Shown: positions 28,313 to 37,796, counted from the first letter of the stretch. The stretch is 64,000 nucleotides of DNA from an uncultured bacterium (GCA_964397255.1 CAYNHQ010000004.1:118363-182362), one strand, 5' to 3'. A program made the numbers and translations. Notes: generated by a model not told the origin, from the sequence alone.

Positions 28313-28615
28313 ATGGCATTTCAAAAAATTGCAGCTACAAGTGAGCTGGCTCCTGGAAGTTCCAAAATGGTCACGGTGGAAGGGCGCGAAATCGCTCTTT
28401 TTCACGTCGATGGAAAATTTTTCGCCATTGAAAATTCCTGTGCTCATCGCGGAGGGCCATTGGCGGAGGGTGCGATCGAAGGATGTATCGTCACGTGCCC
28501 CTGGCATGGGTACAAATTTGATGTCGCTTCTGGAAAGTCGATATCTCATCCTTTGTCTTCTGTCGGATGTTTTACGGTGAAGGTGGAAGGTCAAGATATC
28601 TGGGTGGAAGTCTAA
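28313..28615 (+). CDS. Rieske [2Fe-2S] ferredoxin-like protein (NirD-like)
   Basis: 'CAHRGGPL...CPWHGYKF' carries both Rieske CxH boxes. Confidence 0.75.
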   Translation: MAFQKIAATSELAPGSSKMVTVEGREIALFHVDGKFFAIENSCAHRGGPLAEGAIEGCIVTCPWHGYKFDVASGKSISHPLSSVGCFTVKVEGQDIWVEV

Positions 28616-29082
28616 TGTCGGCTCTCTCTCCAGGAATGAAAGCACCTTTTTCAGGTATCGTCCCGCCAATTCAGCCGAACGAAGTGGGAGTGATCACATT
28701 TTATAAAGAAACCTGTCCCACTTGCATGCTCGGGCTTCCCTATATCGAAAAGCTTTATCTGCATCATCGGAATGATTCGAACATTAAATTCCTCGCCGTG
28801 GCCCAGGAAGATAGAGCCGGAGCCGATCGATTTTCAAAACAGTTCGGAATCACCATGCCAACCTCCCTCGACTCCAAACCTTATAGCGCTTCCGACCAAT
28901 ATGGCCTCACGAATGTTCCGACGACATTTTTGGTACGTGGAGATGGAACGATCGAACAAACCACTGTTGGGTTTATAAAGAAAGATTACGAAACGCTCGC
29001 TCAAAAATTAGCGGCTTTTACGAAAAAATCGCCCGCTCCGATCTTTCAGGGAGTGACTGTACCGGAGCTCAAGCCTGGTTGA
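28615..29082 (+). CDS. Thioredoxin-fold thiol-disulfide oxidoreductase (redoxin/TlpA-like)
   Basis: CxxC 'CPTC' in 'VITFYKETCPTCM' with a thioredoxin-fold pattern. The start is chosen at ATG 28615, internal to ORF 28567..29082. Confidence 0.55.
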   Translation: MSALSPGMKAPFSGIVPPIQPNEVGVITFYKETCPTCMLGLPYIEKLYLHHRNDSNIKFLAVAQEDRAGADRFSKQFGITMPTSLDSKPYSASDQYGLTNVPTTFLVRGDGTIEQTTVGFIKKDYETLAQKLAAFTKKSPAPIFQGVTVPELKPG

Positions 29083-29112
29083 GGCTCTCGCAACGTGGCC
29101 TAGGTTAGGCCA

Positions 29113-29709
29113 ATGATCATAGGTCTCGTTCTCTTTTTAGCTCAATCTTTTGCTATTCATAACGGGGATCTCCTATTTCTTCATCTCGACTGCGTTCCTC
29201 TCTGCGGCGCTATTGAAGATGTCACCAAGCGACAGTTTCATGTCTCAGGTCCCGATTTGAGCCACGTGGGAGTTGTCGCGAAGGAGAAAGAAGAATGGGT
29301 GGTCTACGAAGCCTGGGATGGTGTTCAGCGGACGCCGCTTTCAACATTTCTCTCGCGTGTGAAATCAAAAAAAGATTGGCATCTTGCACGAGTCAAAGAT
29401 CCTAAGACCATTGGTCCCGCGCTGGCGTTTGTTCGGGGGCAAGTCGGAAAGCCATATGATGACGACTTCATTAAAGACAATGGAAAATTTTACTGCTCGG
29501 AACTGGTGGCCGATGCTTTTCACTTTGAATACCATCCGATGTTTTATGGGGACCCGAGTAACTCAAATGATGCTTCGTGGAAGATTTGGTCGGAATATTT
29601 TTCCAAGAGAAATCGATCCGTCCCCCAAAATCAGCCGGGTGTGAGCCCTCTTGGAATTTGGCTGGATCCGAAATTGATTCAGGTTAAGAAGGAAAGTGTT
29701 CGGAAATGA
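29113..29709 (+). CDS. YiiX/YebB-like permuted papain-fold hydrolase (Peptidase_C92/DUF830-like)
   Basis: 'GDLLFLH...SHVGVV...' and 'YCSELVADAF' resemble the conserved Cys/His blocks of the permuted papain-like family. Moderate recollection only. Confidence 0.4.
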   Translation: MIIGLVLFLAQSFAIHNGDLLFLHLDCVPLCGAIEDVTKRQFHVSGPDLSHVGVVAKEKEEWVVYEAWDGVQRTPLSTFLSRVKSKKDWHLARVKDPKTIGPALAFVRGQVGKPYDDDFIKDNGKFYCSELVADAFHFEYHPMFYGDPSNSNDASWKIWSEYFSKRNRSVPQNQPGVSPLGIWLDPKLIQVKKESVRK

Positions 29710-30625
29710 TGTAAGTGGGACGTTGTTTGACCTCGATGTAAATGCGGCCGAGGTACTCGCCGATGATTCCAAGAATGATGAGAAAAATTCCCCCCAAGAA
29801 AAATACTCCCACCGCGAGGGAGGCCAGACCGGGTGTTTCTGTGGCGTAGTGTCCGAAAATGGGAAATCGAAAAATTCGGTGAATCACGAAGAAGATACCC
29901 ACAAGAAATGAGGGGATGGCGATAGCAAAGCCGAGGAACGAGGCGAGTCGAAGAGGCAAAAGCGAAAACCCAAATATTCCGTCGAATGCCAAGCCAAACA
30001 ATTTGGACCAAGAATATTTTGTTTCTCCTCCGGCGCGTGGTGGGCGGTCGTATGGTATACCGATTTGTTTGAATCCCGCGAAGGCGCGCAATCCTCTGAC
30101 AAATCGAATCCGTTCCGGAAGCTCATGTTTAAGAACGTTGACGACTTTCCGATCCATCAAGCAAAAGTCTCCCGAGTCGACGGGAATTTCCACATCGCTC
30201 ATTCTCGAAAGAATCCGGTAAAATAATTGATAGAGAACTTGTTTTTCCGTCGATTCTGCGCGAGAGGCTCGGACGGCGTACACGACTTCGTACCCTTCCC
30301 TCCACTTTTCAATCAGCCGAGAGAGCTCTTCCGGAGGATCCTGCAGATCGGAATCCATGATTACGACCGCGTCTCCCTTGGAATGCTCAATGCCCGCAGA
30401 AACGGCGGCCTGGTGGCCGAAATTTCGTGAAAACGAAATGATCCGAATACGGGAATCCTTCTCTGCCCTTTCTTTTAATAAGTGGAGGGACTGATCTTGC
30501 GAGCCATCATTTACAAAAATCAGTTCGACGGTCTCATTCCATCCTTTCGCCACCGCCACTAATCGGTCATAGAGGCTCGGTATACAGGCTGCCTCATTAT
30601 AGATAGGGAGGACGATGGAAAGCAT
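29684..30625 (-). CDS. Family-2 glycosyltransferase (polyprenyl-phosphate sugar transferase, DPM1/ArnC-like) with C-terminal TM helices
   Basis: 'MLSIVLPIYNEAACIPSLYDRL...VNDGSQD...VIMDSDLQDPPE' is a GT2 DxD pattern. Two C-terminal TM helices are present. Confidence 0.75.
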   Translation of the reverse strand: MLSIVLPIYNEAACIPSLYDRLVAVAKGWNETVELIFVNDGSQDQSLHLLKERAEKDSRIRIISFSRNFGHQAAVSAGIEHSKGDAVVIMDSDLQDPPEELSRLIEKWREGYEVVYAVRASRAESTEKQVLYQLFYRILSRMSDVEIPVDSGDFCLMDRKVVNVLKHELPERIRFVRGLRAFAGFKQIGIPYDRPPRAGGETKYSWSKLFGLAFDGIFGFSLLPLRLASFLGFAIAIPSFLVGIFFVIHRIFRFPIFGHYATETPGLASLAVGVFFLGGIFLIILGIIGEYLGRIYIEVKQRPTYIISEHFPS

Positions 30626-30630
30626 GGGTG

Positions 30631-31947
30631 CTATCTTAGCCTGTCCATTATGGCTGACACGGTCTTTTTCGCCATGTCGACTCCGTTGGAGACCTGGCGA
30701 TCATGAGGAAAGATCTGCGCCATGGTGCACAGAAAGAAATTGGGGATCGGAGTTTGAATCGATGGGATTTTTTTTCGATAGCCGACCGTCACAATCGGTT
30801 GAGCGTAATTGGCCGTCCAGAACCAGGACTCGAGGACATCTTCCTTAGAAAAGCGCGGGAACATCTTTTCGAGCCAAGGCAGATAGTAAGTAAGAATTTC
30901 CGCGGCGTTCATTTTCAGCCGAGGATCTGTAGCCGGCACATAGGCGGAAATGTACGCGATGTTTTGCCTGTCAACATCACGCGGATCCACCCAATTGGAA
31001 TGCTCGATGATTCCTACAAATGGAGAGGAAGGATCTTTAATGTTCGTCCAATAAAAGGAAGAAAGAGGTTGGCGGAGCGACAGTATGAGGCAAACATTGG
31101 CCAAGAATCGAATGTCTTGAATGGAAGCTCGGTATTCCTTCATGGACTCAGGAAGAATTGAGATAAGGTCGGGAAGTTGTGCGGCGCTAATAACAACATC
31201 GGTCCGAAATCGGCCTTCTTCGGTTTCAATCTCCGAAATTTCTCGACCATCGCTGTGCAGGGCTTTTACGGCCTTCCCCAAATGAATGTGATGGCCTTTT
31301 TGCTCCACCCTTTGGGCCAGCTCGCGAAACATTTTGCCCAGACCTCCTCGCAAATAACCCAGCACTTCATGGCCTGTACGATCACGGGATCCTCCACGAT
31401 CGACAAATTTGGACCAGAGCCACGCGGCGGAGACTTGACCCGCATCCTTTCCGAATTTAGAAACCAACAGTGGTTCCCAAAAAAGACGATAGACATTTTC
31501 TCCGGCACATCGAGTAACATACTCACGCGCTGTTTCGTCATCGAGCGCTTCCCAATTTTTTATCTGTTTCGCCGATACGACCAACTTAGCTAGGCGCAAA
31601 CGATCAAAAAAAGGAAGGGGAGAGTAACGGAGAAGATCCAACGGCGTGCTGAGGCGGTACGATCGCCGGGCGTAATAGGAACCGGTGATGGCAGGCCGCC
31701 ATTCCAGCTGATCTCCCAAGCCTATTTCTCGAAGCAATTCCTGAAGAGCTACATCCGAACGATAGGTGTGGTGGTAAAATTTTTCGACTGAAAATCGCGA
31801 TGTGGAAAAGGTTCCGGCCAATCCGCCCGGTGCGACTTCACGTTCCCAAAGATGTAAATCAATATCGGTGCAATCCCGTGAAAGAAAGTAGGCAGTGGCC
31901 AGCCCACTAATTCCCCCGCCAATAATGTCGATTCGATGTTTAGACAC
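30631..31947 (-). CDS. FAD-dependent oxidoreductase (amine oxidase/protoporphyrinogen-oxidase-like)
   Basis: Rossmann 'IDIIGGGISGLATAYFL' near the N-terminus. GTG start at 31947. The upstream part of ORF-track entry 30631..32001 is translation of the tRNA-Pro gene. Confidence 0.65.
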   Translation of the reverse strand: MSKHRIDIIGGGISGLATAYFLSRDCTDIDLHLWEREVAPGGLAGTFSTSRFSVEKFYHHTYRSDVALQELLREIGLGDQLEWRPAITGSYYARRSYRLSTPLDLLRYSPLPFFDRLRLAKLVVSAKQIKNWEALDDETAREYVTRCAGENVYRLFWEPLLVSKFGKDAGQVSAAWLWSKFVDRGGSRDRTGHEVLGYLRGGLGKMFRELAQRVEQKGHHIHLGKAVKALHSDGREISEIETEEGRFRTDVVISAAQLPDLISILPESMKEYRASIQDIRFLANVCLILSLRQPLSSFYWTNIKDPSSPFVGIIEHSNWVDPRDVDRQNIAYISAYVPATDPRLKMNAAEILTYYLPWLEKMFPRFSKEDVLESWFWTANYAQPIVTVGYRKKIPSIQTPIPNFFLCTMAQIFPHDRQVSNGVDMAKKTVSAIMDRLR

Positions 31948-31956
31948 GAAGAATAT

Positions 31957-32033
31957 TGGTCGGGGCGGCGAGATTCGAACTCGCGACCCCTTGCACCCCA
32001 TGCAAGTGCGCTACCAGGCTGCGCCACGCCCCG
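31957..32033 (-). tRNA. tRNA-Pro (anticodon GGG)
   Basis: Minus-strand fold. Acceptor CGGGGCG/CGCCCCG, D-arm GCGC-AGCCTGGTA-GCGC, anticodon stem CTTGC/GCAAG with loop ATGGGGT, T-arm GCGAG-TTCGAAT-CTCGC. Discriminator A plus CCA. 77 nt. Confidence 0.85.
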
Positions 32034-32039
32034 ACTTGG
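31994..32039 (-). repeat. attL-like 46-nt direct repeat (tRNA-Pro nt 1-40 plus 6 nt upstream)
   Basis: Identical 46-mer CACCCCATGCAAGTGCGCTACCAGGCTGCGCCACGCCCCGACTTGG also at 37797-37842. Confidence 0.85.
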
Positions 32040-32107
32040 ATAATTATTTAATCGTTTTGGTGAGTTGTGTCTACGTTCGTCGATATGATTTTTGGTTCGT
32101 TTCGTCA

Positions 32108-32137
32108 TGGTATCAAATAGGTATCAATTTACGGTCG
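32108..32137 (+). repeat. Island-end arm-type repeat TGGTATCAAATAGGTATCAATTTACGGTCGC
   Basis: GGTATCA-N4-GGTATCA. A near-identical copy, TGGTATCAAATAGGTATCACTTTGGACGACGC, lies at 37624-37655 in the same orientation near the other island end. Confidence 0.5.
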
Positions 32138-33392
32138 CATTTTTCGCCAACAACATCTGCTCGACCGTGTCTTTCATCTCAGGCGGAAGGTTCAACATCT
32201 TGCGCTTCAGTTCCAACAAAATGGGATTCGTATAGTGGGCTTGGTTGACCTCTGGGCTGTTCCGCATGACTCTCGACGCTTCGTCCTGGGTCAACTGGCA
32301 GTAGATCTTGAAGTACGTGTTCGCCGTGGATCGAAGGTCTTTGAACGTATATTTACCAGCCAGGCCAGCGTTTTTGAGTAGCTGTGCCCAAGCTCTACGG
32401 ACGGTATCGATTCTAACGTAACGGTTATCTTCCTTTCTAAAGAATACAAAGTCAGTGGCCATCATTTTGTCCTGGCCATTCAACCGATAGACGCCCACTA
32501 CGTCGTCTCTTTTTTCGATGGATTCGAGAACTAGAAGTGAAACAGGGTTCAAGGGCACCTCACCCTCAACGTCCCATTTCGGACGCCAGCCCATACCATT
32601 GCGTGTAGGGCAGTCGGGCTTGACACGTATTCGTATTTCACCTGTGACGAGATCGATGTCAGACCAACGTAGGTGGAGAATTTCTCCAAGCCTAAAGCCT
32701 GTGGCGGTTGTGAACGTGGCGATCAACTTGATATCAAAGCCGAAGCCTTTTGGGGTCGGGGCAAGCATGATCTGCTTCCATTCATGCAGCTGGATGACCT
32801 TATTGCGTACCCGTTCAGATTTGGCCAACCTCAACGGAGTGACACCAGACAGAGGATTTCGCTCAATATATTTTTTCTTCACGAACCAGTTGAACGCGGT
32901 GTTGAGCCACTTTTGATAACAGTGAACCGTCAATTTTTTCGTGGCTTTTTTGAAGCCAGTGGTCAAAAGAAAGTCACGCAGGGTCAAAAAATCATCTTCT
33001 GTGATCTCGTCCAGAAAGGTTCTGCCACATTGGTCGATGAAATAGGTGAATAACTTCTTTACCGTAGGGGCAACACTCGCTTTACCTTGGTGACTGTACG
33101 TGGCGATGCTTTTGCCCAAGTAAAGGTCAACGGCTTCAACGATGGTAAAACGAGTTGGCGGTAGTATTCCTCTTCGTTTGTTGTCCCAATCGTCAAATAC
33201 ATGGTTCAGTAGCTGGGCTTCCTTGCGTTTGCCCTTGGCCTCGGCATCTCGTCTGTCATTTCCAGCTGGGCGAAAGAAACGTTTTACTGTTTTCCCAACG
33301 GGTAGGTAGTAGCGGTACCAATACTTTGGGTTCTTGTCTTTCCACTCGATGACCTTGAGACGCGGTCTATAGAGGAGTTGGTCGTTCAACAC
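32124..33392 (-). CDS. int: Tyrosine-type site-specific integrase
   Basis: 422 aa. The C-terminal catalytic region 'LHLRWSDID...KDLRSTANTY...HY' has the R..H.R..Y pattern. It lies adjacent to the tRNA-Pro 5' end. Confidence 0.85.
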   Translation of the reverse strand: MLNDQLLYRPRLKVIEWKDKNPKYWYRYYLPVGKTVKRFFRPAGNDRRDAEAKGKRKEAQLLNHVFDDWDNKRRGILPPTRFTIVEAVDLYLGKSIATYSHQGKASVAPTVKKLFTYFIDQCGRTFLDEITEDDFLTLRDFLLTTGFKKATKKLTVHCYQKWLNTAFNWFVKKKYIERNPLSGVTPLRLAKSERVRNKVIQLHEWKQIMLAPTPKGFGFDIKLIATFTTATGFRLGEILHLRWSDIDLVTGEIRIRVKPDCPTRNGMGWRPKWDVEGEVPLNPVSLLVLESIEKRDDVVGVYRLNGQDKMMATDFVFFRKEDNRYVRIDTVRRAWAQLLKNAGLAGKYTFKDLRSTANTYFKIYCQLTQDEASRVMRNSPEVNQAHYTNPILLELKRKMLNLPPEMKDTVEQMLLAKNATVN

Positions 33393-33716
33393 TGGTCACC
33401 CCCATACACTGCCTTTACGTTGATTTTCAACAAATAGGTCGAGATCCGGAAATCAATTTACCCAAGTAAACCGAAAAATATTCCCCTGCCCTGCGTGTTG
33501 ATGATGGGACATTTGCGTTTCGTAATTTTCCACAATGATTTGCCAAAAAAATAGTGCTGGTCTCATAAATTCGAACTTGGTTCCATAGAGTGGACAATGC
33601 AAACGGCACTTAATCTTATTCTTGCGGTATACACCGCCATTGAACGTGGTCTCCAACCAACGGGCCATTCCTGGTAATTGGAAAGAATGGTCCCGTGTTT
33701 CTAAAACGAGGTATCG

Positions 33717-33887
33717 ATGAGTCAAAAACGAACACGACAGAATTTCAGCCAACACGAGCGCGAGCGTATCGTTCAGGAAATTACGGCCTCTGGTCTCACT
33801 CCTACAGCCTACGCCAAGACGCATGGACTCATACCTCGAAGTATCCGCAACACCTTTACGTTGTCGAGCGGCATAGGCGCGGCATAA
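33717..33887 (+). CDS. Short ORF with IS3-family transposase OrfA-like HTH (56 aa; possible remnant or excisionase-like)
   Basis: 'MSQKRTRQNFSQHERERIVQEITASGLTPTAYAKTHGLIPRSIRN' resembles the transposase N-terminal HTH (KR..FS.EFK...V......G.....A...GI....I..W). It is below the 60-aa ORF-track cutoff and was read manually. Confidence 0.3.
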   Translation: MSQKRTRQNFSQHERERIVQEITASGLTPTAYAKTHGLIPRSIRNTFTLSSGIGAA

Positions 33888-34138
33888 GCCAGCAGGCCCG
33901 TATAAAGGACGCTATTGGCGACAGCAAGGCGCATGGGCTGGACGGTGTTCCTCGACAGGTCGAGCGTGAGAATAAGCCAATTCCTCGCCGCCCACCTCCT
34001 TTCACCGAGCAAGATCTCTTCCAATACGTCATCAGAACCATCAACCAGCGTCCAGAGCGACGCATTTCGAACATCCCCTACATCCGTACCATCATCAACT
34101 GTTAGGGCGGCGGCAATCTTGATGAGTAGGAGATCACA

Positions 34139-34396
34139 GTGAAGAAATCTAATCGACTTGATATTGAATTGCCGCCAGCACACACACGTTCATATCAACC
34201 GTGGCCTGGTTCCAAGAGTATCCAGAAATTCAAAGAGGAGAGAGCCGCGCTGATGGAAAATGAGAACGGCATCCAGCCGAGCACGGCGGGTGCAATGCCA
34301 CAGATCAAAATACCTGGACTAACAACCACTGTGGGCGCGGTGCCCAAGATGTCTATCCCGAAGCCCCCAAAAGCAGCTATGAAGGGAAAACCTTAA
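34139..34396 (+). CDS. Hypothetical small protein (85 aa)
   Basis: ORF only. Confidence 0.25.
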   Translation: MKKSNRLDIELPPAHTRSYQPWPGSKSIQKFKEERAALMENENGIQPSTAGAMPQIKIPGLTTTVGAVPKMSIPKPPKAAMKGKP

Positions 34397-34417
34397 AGGA
34401 CGCTCGTAAAACAAGTG

Positions 34418-35084
34418 TTAAACGATCAAGACGTTTTGGTCGGAAAACGTCATTTCCGACCGCCTCATTTCCCTGATTTCGGCGGCGACAGCGCCGTGGG
34501 AGGCACCCGTTAGCTTGGCGATCTCGCGGTAGGTGTGCCCTTCGTTCGCGAGCGTACGGATCAAGTCCCCAGGACGGGTCCTGGGCCGTTCCCACACGTT
34601 TACCCTTGGCCTTTGCGTTCTGTAAGCCATTACGAACCTTTTCGCCGATCAGTTCACGTTCGAGCTGGGCTATCGCCGATATGATCGTGAAGAGCGCCTT
34701 ACCAATCAGGCTAAAAGTGTCTACCTTTTCGGTTAGGCTGACGAACGATACGTTACGCCGCTGGAACTCGTCCAGGGCATCCAGAAGGTGGCGTGTAGAC
34801 CGGGCGAATCGGCTAAACGAATAAACTACGACGGAGTCGAACTCGCCCCGTCTGACTGCTTCCATCAGACCATCGAGAGCGGGCCTGGACGTTTTTGCCC
34901 CGGAGATGTTCTCGTCCTCAAAGACCTGGTAGTCGGTGATGCCGGTGGTCTGGCAATAGGCTTCTAAGGCTCGTCGTTGGGCTTCTAGGCCATTCCCCTG
35001 GCGATCCATCGAGACGCGGCAATACAGCGCGGTTCGTTTTCCCTCCACAAAGACCAATATACCGCATATATGAAGTAGATTCAA
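34418..35084 (-). pseudogene. Serine recombinase (resolvase/invertase family) disrupted by a frameshift
   Basis: The catalytic domain 'ALYCRVSMDRQ...SGAKTSRPALDGL...VVYSFSRFARS...' is in frame 34377..35084. The HTH domain 'RPRVNVWERPRTRPGDLIRTLANEGHTYREIAKLTGASHGAV' is in a different frame, 34418..34630. The frame switch is near 34630. Confidence 0.55.
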
Positions 35085-35114
35085 TTATGTATTATACTGT
35101 GATACAGGGTACTT

Positions 35115-35324
35115 ATGGCCAAACTCATTCTCCAGAAAGTCTTGGATCGCAAAGGGATCACACAGTATCGATTTGCCAAGATGCTGGGCATTAGCCCTGG
35201 CGAGGCGTTTCGATGGTGCCAGGAGGGCTATAATCCGACGCTAAAGACGTTGATCCGTATAGCCGATGTTCTGAATGTAGGGCTGGATGACCTTGTTGAT
35301 CGCGCTAAAATCAGGCGCTCCTGA
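35115..35324 (+). CDS. XRE-family (Cro/CI-type) HTH transcriptional regulator
   Basis: 69 aa '...LDRKGITQYRFAKMLGISPGEAFRWCQEGYNPTLKTLIRIADVLNVGLDDL'. Confidence 0.7.
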   Translation: MAKLILQKVLDRKGITQYRFAKMLGISPGEAFRWCQEGYNPTLKTLIRIADVLNVGLDDLVDRAKIRRS

Positions 35325-35448
35325 CGGGGCATAATTGGAGCAGTTGGGACATTTTGGCCCACGAAGGCGCTATTATATCCTGTTGAATTCACAGAGATTT
35401 GTTTTGGCATCCTCCCTGCTCTATAAGTGCCTCGAAAGGGGTACGACT

Positions 35449-35895
35449 ATGAATTCGAAGTACATACATTTCTCGATTCTGATTGGTTCGCTCATTTTTG
35501 CCACCGCCGCCTTAAGTGAAGACAAGACGGACACTAAAGAGCTTCTCGGGACGAAGGAATGCAGTGTGGTAATCCCCAAAAACGGCCCTGAACCGACGGC
35601 TTTACGTCCCGAGATGGTCGATCAGAAATCAGGCGTAATTTTTGTCGAAGTCAAAAAGACCATCGGTCAAAACATTCAGTCATTCGGGCCATTACAAAAA
35701 TACTACGTCTTCGTGGCACTTAAAAAAGTAGGGCACGACAAAATCGAGTACAGCCTCGGAACTTATGACACGTTTAACGGAGCCAAATCGGCTGATGCGG
35801 CTAGTACGACCGTAGGAATTAACGACGACGCCAACGTTTCCAAGGAACGGGCTGTGGGTGTTTTCCAAGGTAAATCTACTCTATCCTGTCATTGA
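35449..35895 (+). CDS. Hypothetical secreted protein
   Basis: Signal peptide 'MNSKYIHFSILIGSLIFATAALS'. The start is ATG 35449, preceded by AAAGGGG. Confidence 0.45.
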   Translation: MNSKYIHFSILIGSLIFATAALSEDKTDTKELLGTKECSVVIPKNGPEPTALRPEMVDQKSGVIFVEVKKTIGQNIQSFGPLQKYYVFVALKKVGHDKIEYSLGTYDTFNGAKSADAASTTVGINDDANVSKERAVGVFQGKSTLSCH

Positions 35896-35901
35896 TAGTT
35901 T

Positions 35902-36312
35902 ATGTCTTTTAGGAAGTTCACTGCATTGTTAATTTTTTTCGTGGGTGGATCTGCACTCGCGGAGGAATTGGGAGCGCCTCGACTCCGCTGCAAAGCGAGT
36001 TACGGTATTGCAGGTCCATCTGGTCCCGCCGATATTCCCTTGAGGCCGTTCTTCCCTTCGTCAACTATCCGAGGACTCGTGAACGGAAAAGTCACAGACA
36101 CCGAAGTGTTTTTTGACGCTGTTTCGTTAGACAGCATAACGAAGAAAATTAACGACCGATATCCAGGCTATGCAACCATGGGGAAAATTGAGCCACTTCG
36201 CGTCGATTTTGCTAGGGGGATTGGCCAAGACTCCGAAATCGACCTGAGTATGGAGATTGATATCACGTCATCTGGTCACGACTCTTGTTCGCTAGTGAAA
36301 CCAAATTCCTAA
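35902..36312 (+). CDS. Hypothetical secreted protein
   Basis: Signal peptide 'MSFRKFTALLIFFVGGSALA'. Confidence 0.45.
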   Translation: MSFRKFTALLIFFVGGSALAEELGAPRLRCKASYGIAGPSGPADIPLRPFFPSSTIRGLVNGKVTDTEVFFDAVSLDSITKKINDRYPGYATMGKIEPLRVDFARGIGQDSEIDLSMEIDITSSGHDSCSLVKPNS

Positions 36313-36453
36313 AAAGCCCCATCGGTTTTACCTCTACCTATAGCTATTCCGAAGGGTATGAGAAAATTCGTGTTTCTGGCAAATTCTCATCAACTGGGCT
36401 ATTTACCGTAGGTCCTTTGCCGTTGAAACGAACGGCGAAAGGGTGGATAATGA

Positions 36454-36696
36454 ATGACGATGGTTCACGAAAATAAATTTCGATCTTCTTCAGAAGCTGA
36501 TGTTGACCTTTCTCGGCTGCCAGAGGGTCGGCTCGAAGAAATCCAGCAGGTCTTCAAAGTGCTCGGTATTGAAAAAGGGACATATCAGGGTGCCACTGAA
36601 TTGGGTAAACAGCTTCAAAAGGCGAGCAAACTACAATACGAAGGGATCGTCTTTACGACCAGTGGCAGTACGTCGTCGCCTCCCGAAACAAAGTAA
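36454..36696 (+). CDS. Hypothetical small protein (80 aa)
   Basis: ORF immediately upstream of the protease gene. Confidence 0.3.
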   Translation: MTMVHENKFRSSSEADVDLSRLPEGRLEEIQQVFKVLGIEKGTYQGATELGKQLQKASKLQYEGIVFTTSGSTSSPPETK

Positions 36697-36702
36697 ATTG
36701 CA

Positions 36703-37611
36703 ATGCCAAATTGGAGTGAGGTACTCAACGAGATCCAGCAATCGAAGCGTGTTGATGGTCTCGATTATGTTCGGCGCTCCTATCTGAAGAAACTCCACGA
36801 GAAACGGAACCGAAATATCATCTGCTACTATTCTGGCTGGCTACAAAAACCAGGAATCGGTGGCGTTGAAATCGACGACAACGACAAGAATGCCTTTATG
36901 GCGGCAATTCACAAACTTGACCGAGATAAAGGCTTGGATCTTCTGATCCACACCCCTGGTGGGCAGGTGGCGGCGACAGAGTCGATTGTCCACTACCTGC
37001 GAACGATGTTTAAGAACGACATCCAGGCGTTTATCCCACAGATTGCCATGTCGGCGGGGACGATGATCGCTTGTGCCTGTAGAAAAATTCACATGGGCAA
37101 ACAGTCGAACCTTGGGCCGATAGATCCACAATTTAGCGGTATTCCTGCGTATGGTGTCTTGGAGGAATTCAACCGTGCGGCCAAAGAAATCAAGGAAGAG
37201 CCAGCGAAGATCCCTCTCTGGCAGGTCATCATTGGCAAGTATCACCCGACATTCATTGGTGAGTGTGAAAATGCCATTGACTGGTCGCGGGACATCGCCT
37301 CCGAATGGTTGAAGGCAGGTATGTTCGAAGGGAAGAAGAACGCCCAAGAGTCTGCCGATAAAGTAGTCAAGGCCTTGACGGATCGTTCGGTGATGAAGAC
37401 CCATTCGAGGCATCTTGGTGCCGAGAAATGCAAGGAGATCGGCCTCGATATCGAGGATCTAGAGAAGGATAACGACCTACAGGATTTGATTCTGACGGTT
37501 CATCATGCCTATATGCACACGTTCTCGAACTCGTCGGCGATCAAGATAGTGGAAAATCATGAGGGCAGGGCAACTGTGATTCATGCCCAGATCCAAGTTC
37601 AAGCTCGGTAG
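36703..37611 (+). CDS. ClpP/crotonase-fold serine protease of the S49/SDH (serine dehydrogenase proteinase) family
   Basis: 'LDLLIHTPGGQVAATESI...IPQIAMSAGTMIACAC' is the ClpP-like catalytic Ser (A-M-S-A-G) context. 302 aa and cytoplasmic. Confidence 0.5.
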   Translation: MPNWSEVLNEIQQSKRVDGLDYVRRSYLKKLHEKRNRNIICYYSGWLQKPGIGGVEIDDNDKNAFMAAIHKLDRDKGLDLLIHTPGGQVAATESIVHYLRTMFKNDIQAFIPQIAMSAGTMIACACRKIHMGKQSNLGPIDPQFSGIPAYGVLEEFNRAAKEIKEEPAKIPLWQVIIGKYHPTFIGECENAIDWSRDIASEWLKAGMFEGKKNAQESADKVVKALTDRSVMKTHSRHLGAEKCKEIGLDIEDLEKDNDLQDLILTVHHAYMHTFSNSSAIKIVENHEGRATVIHAQIQVQAR

Positions 37612-37623
37612 TTTGCGAGTTTT

Positions 37624-37655
37624 TGGTATCAAATAGGTATCACTTTGGACGACGC
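37624..37655 (+). repeat. Second copy of the island-end arm-type repeat
   Basis: See 32108-32137. Confidence 0.5.
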
Positions 37656-37796
37656 ATCAACGACTTTTGTGCGTAGGGGAACGTATGTGGAACGAAGAGA
37701 GGAATTCCTTTTTGTTTTAACTGATTGTCTGCAAGCCCTTGTCGTGAAAGGGTTTTAGAGAAGCTGTGACTTTAGGCTGACTGAAAATTTCAATGC

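Noticed and set aside
31749-32108. 119-aa minus-strand ORF spanning tRNA-Pro, N-terminal extension of the FAD oxidoreductase ORF (to 32001), and ORF 37717..37908
   Set aside because: The shared peptide 'SRGVAQPGSALAWG' is simply the tRNA-Pro sequence translated. These are artefacts of the tRNA and its duplicated 5' half.
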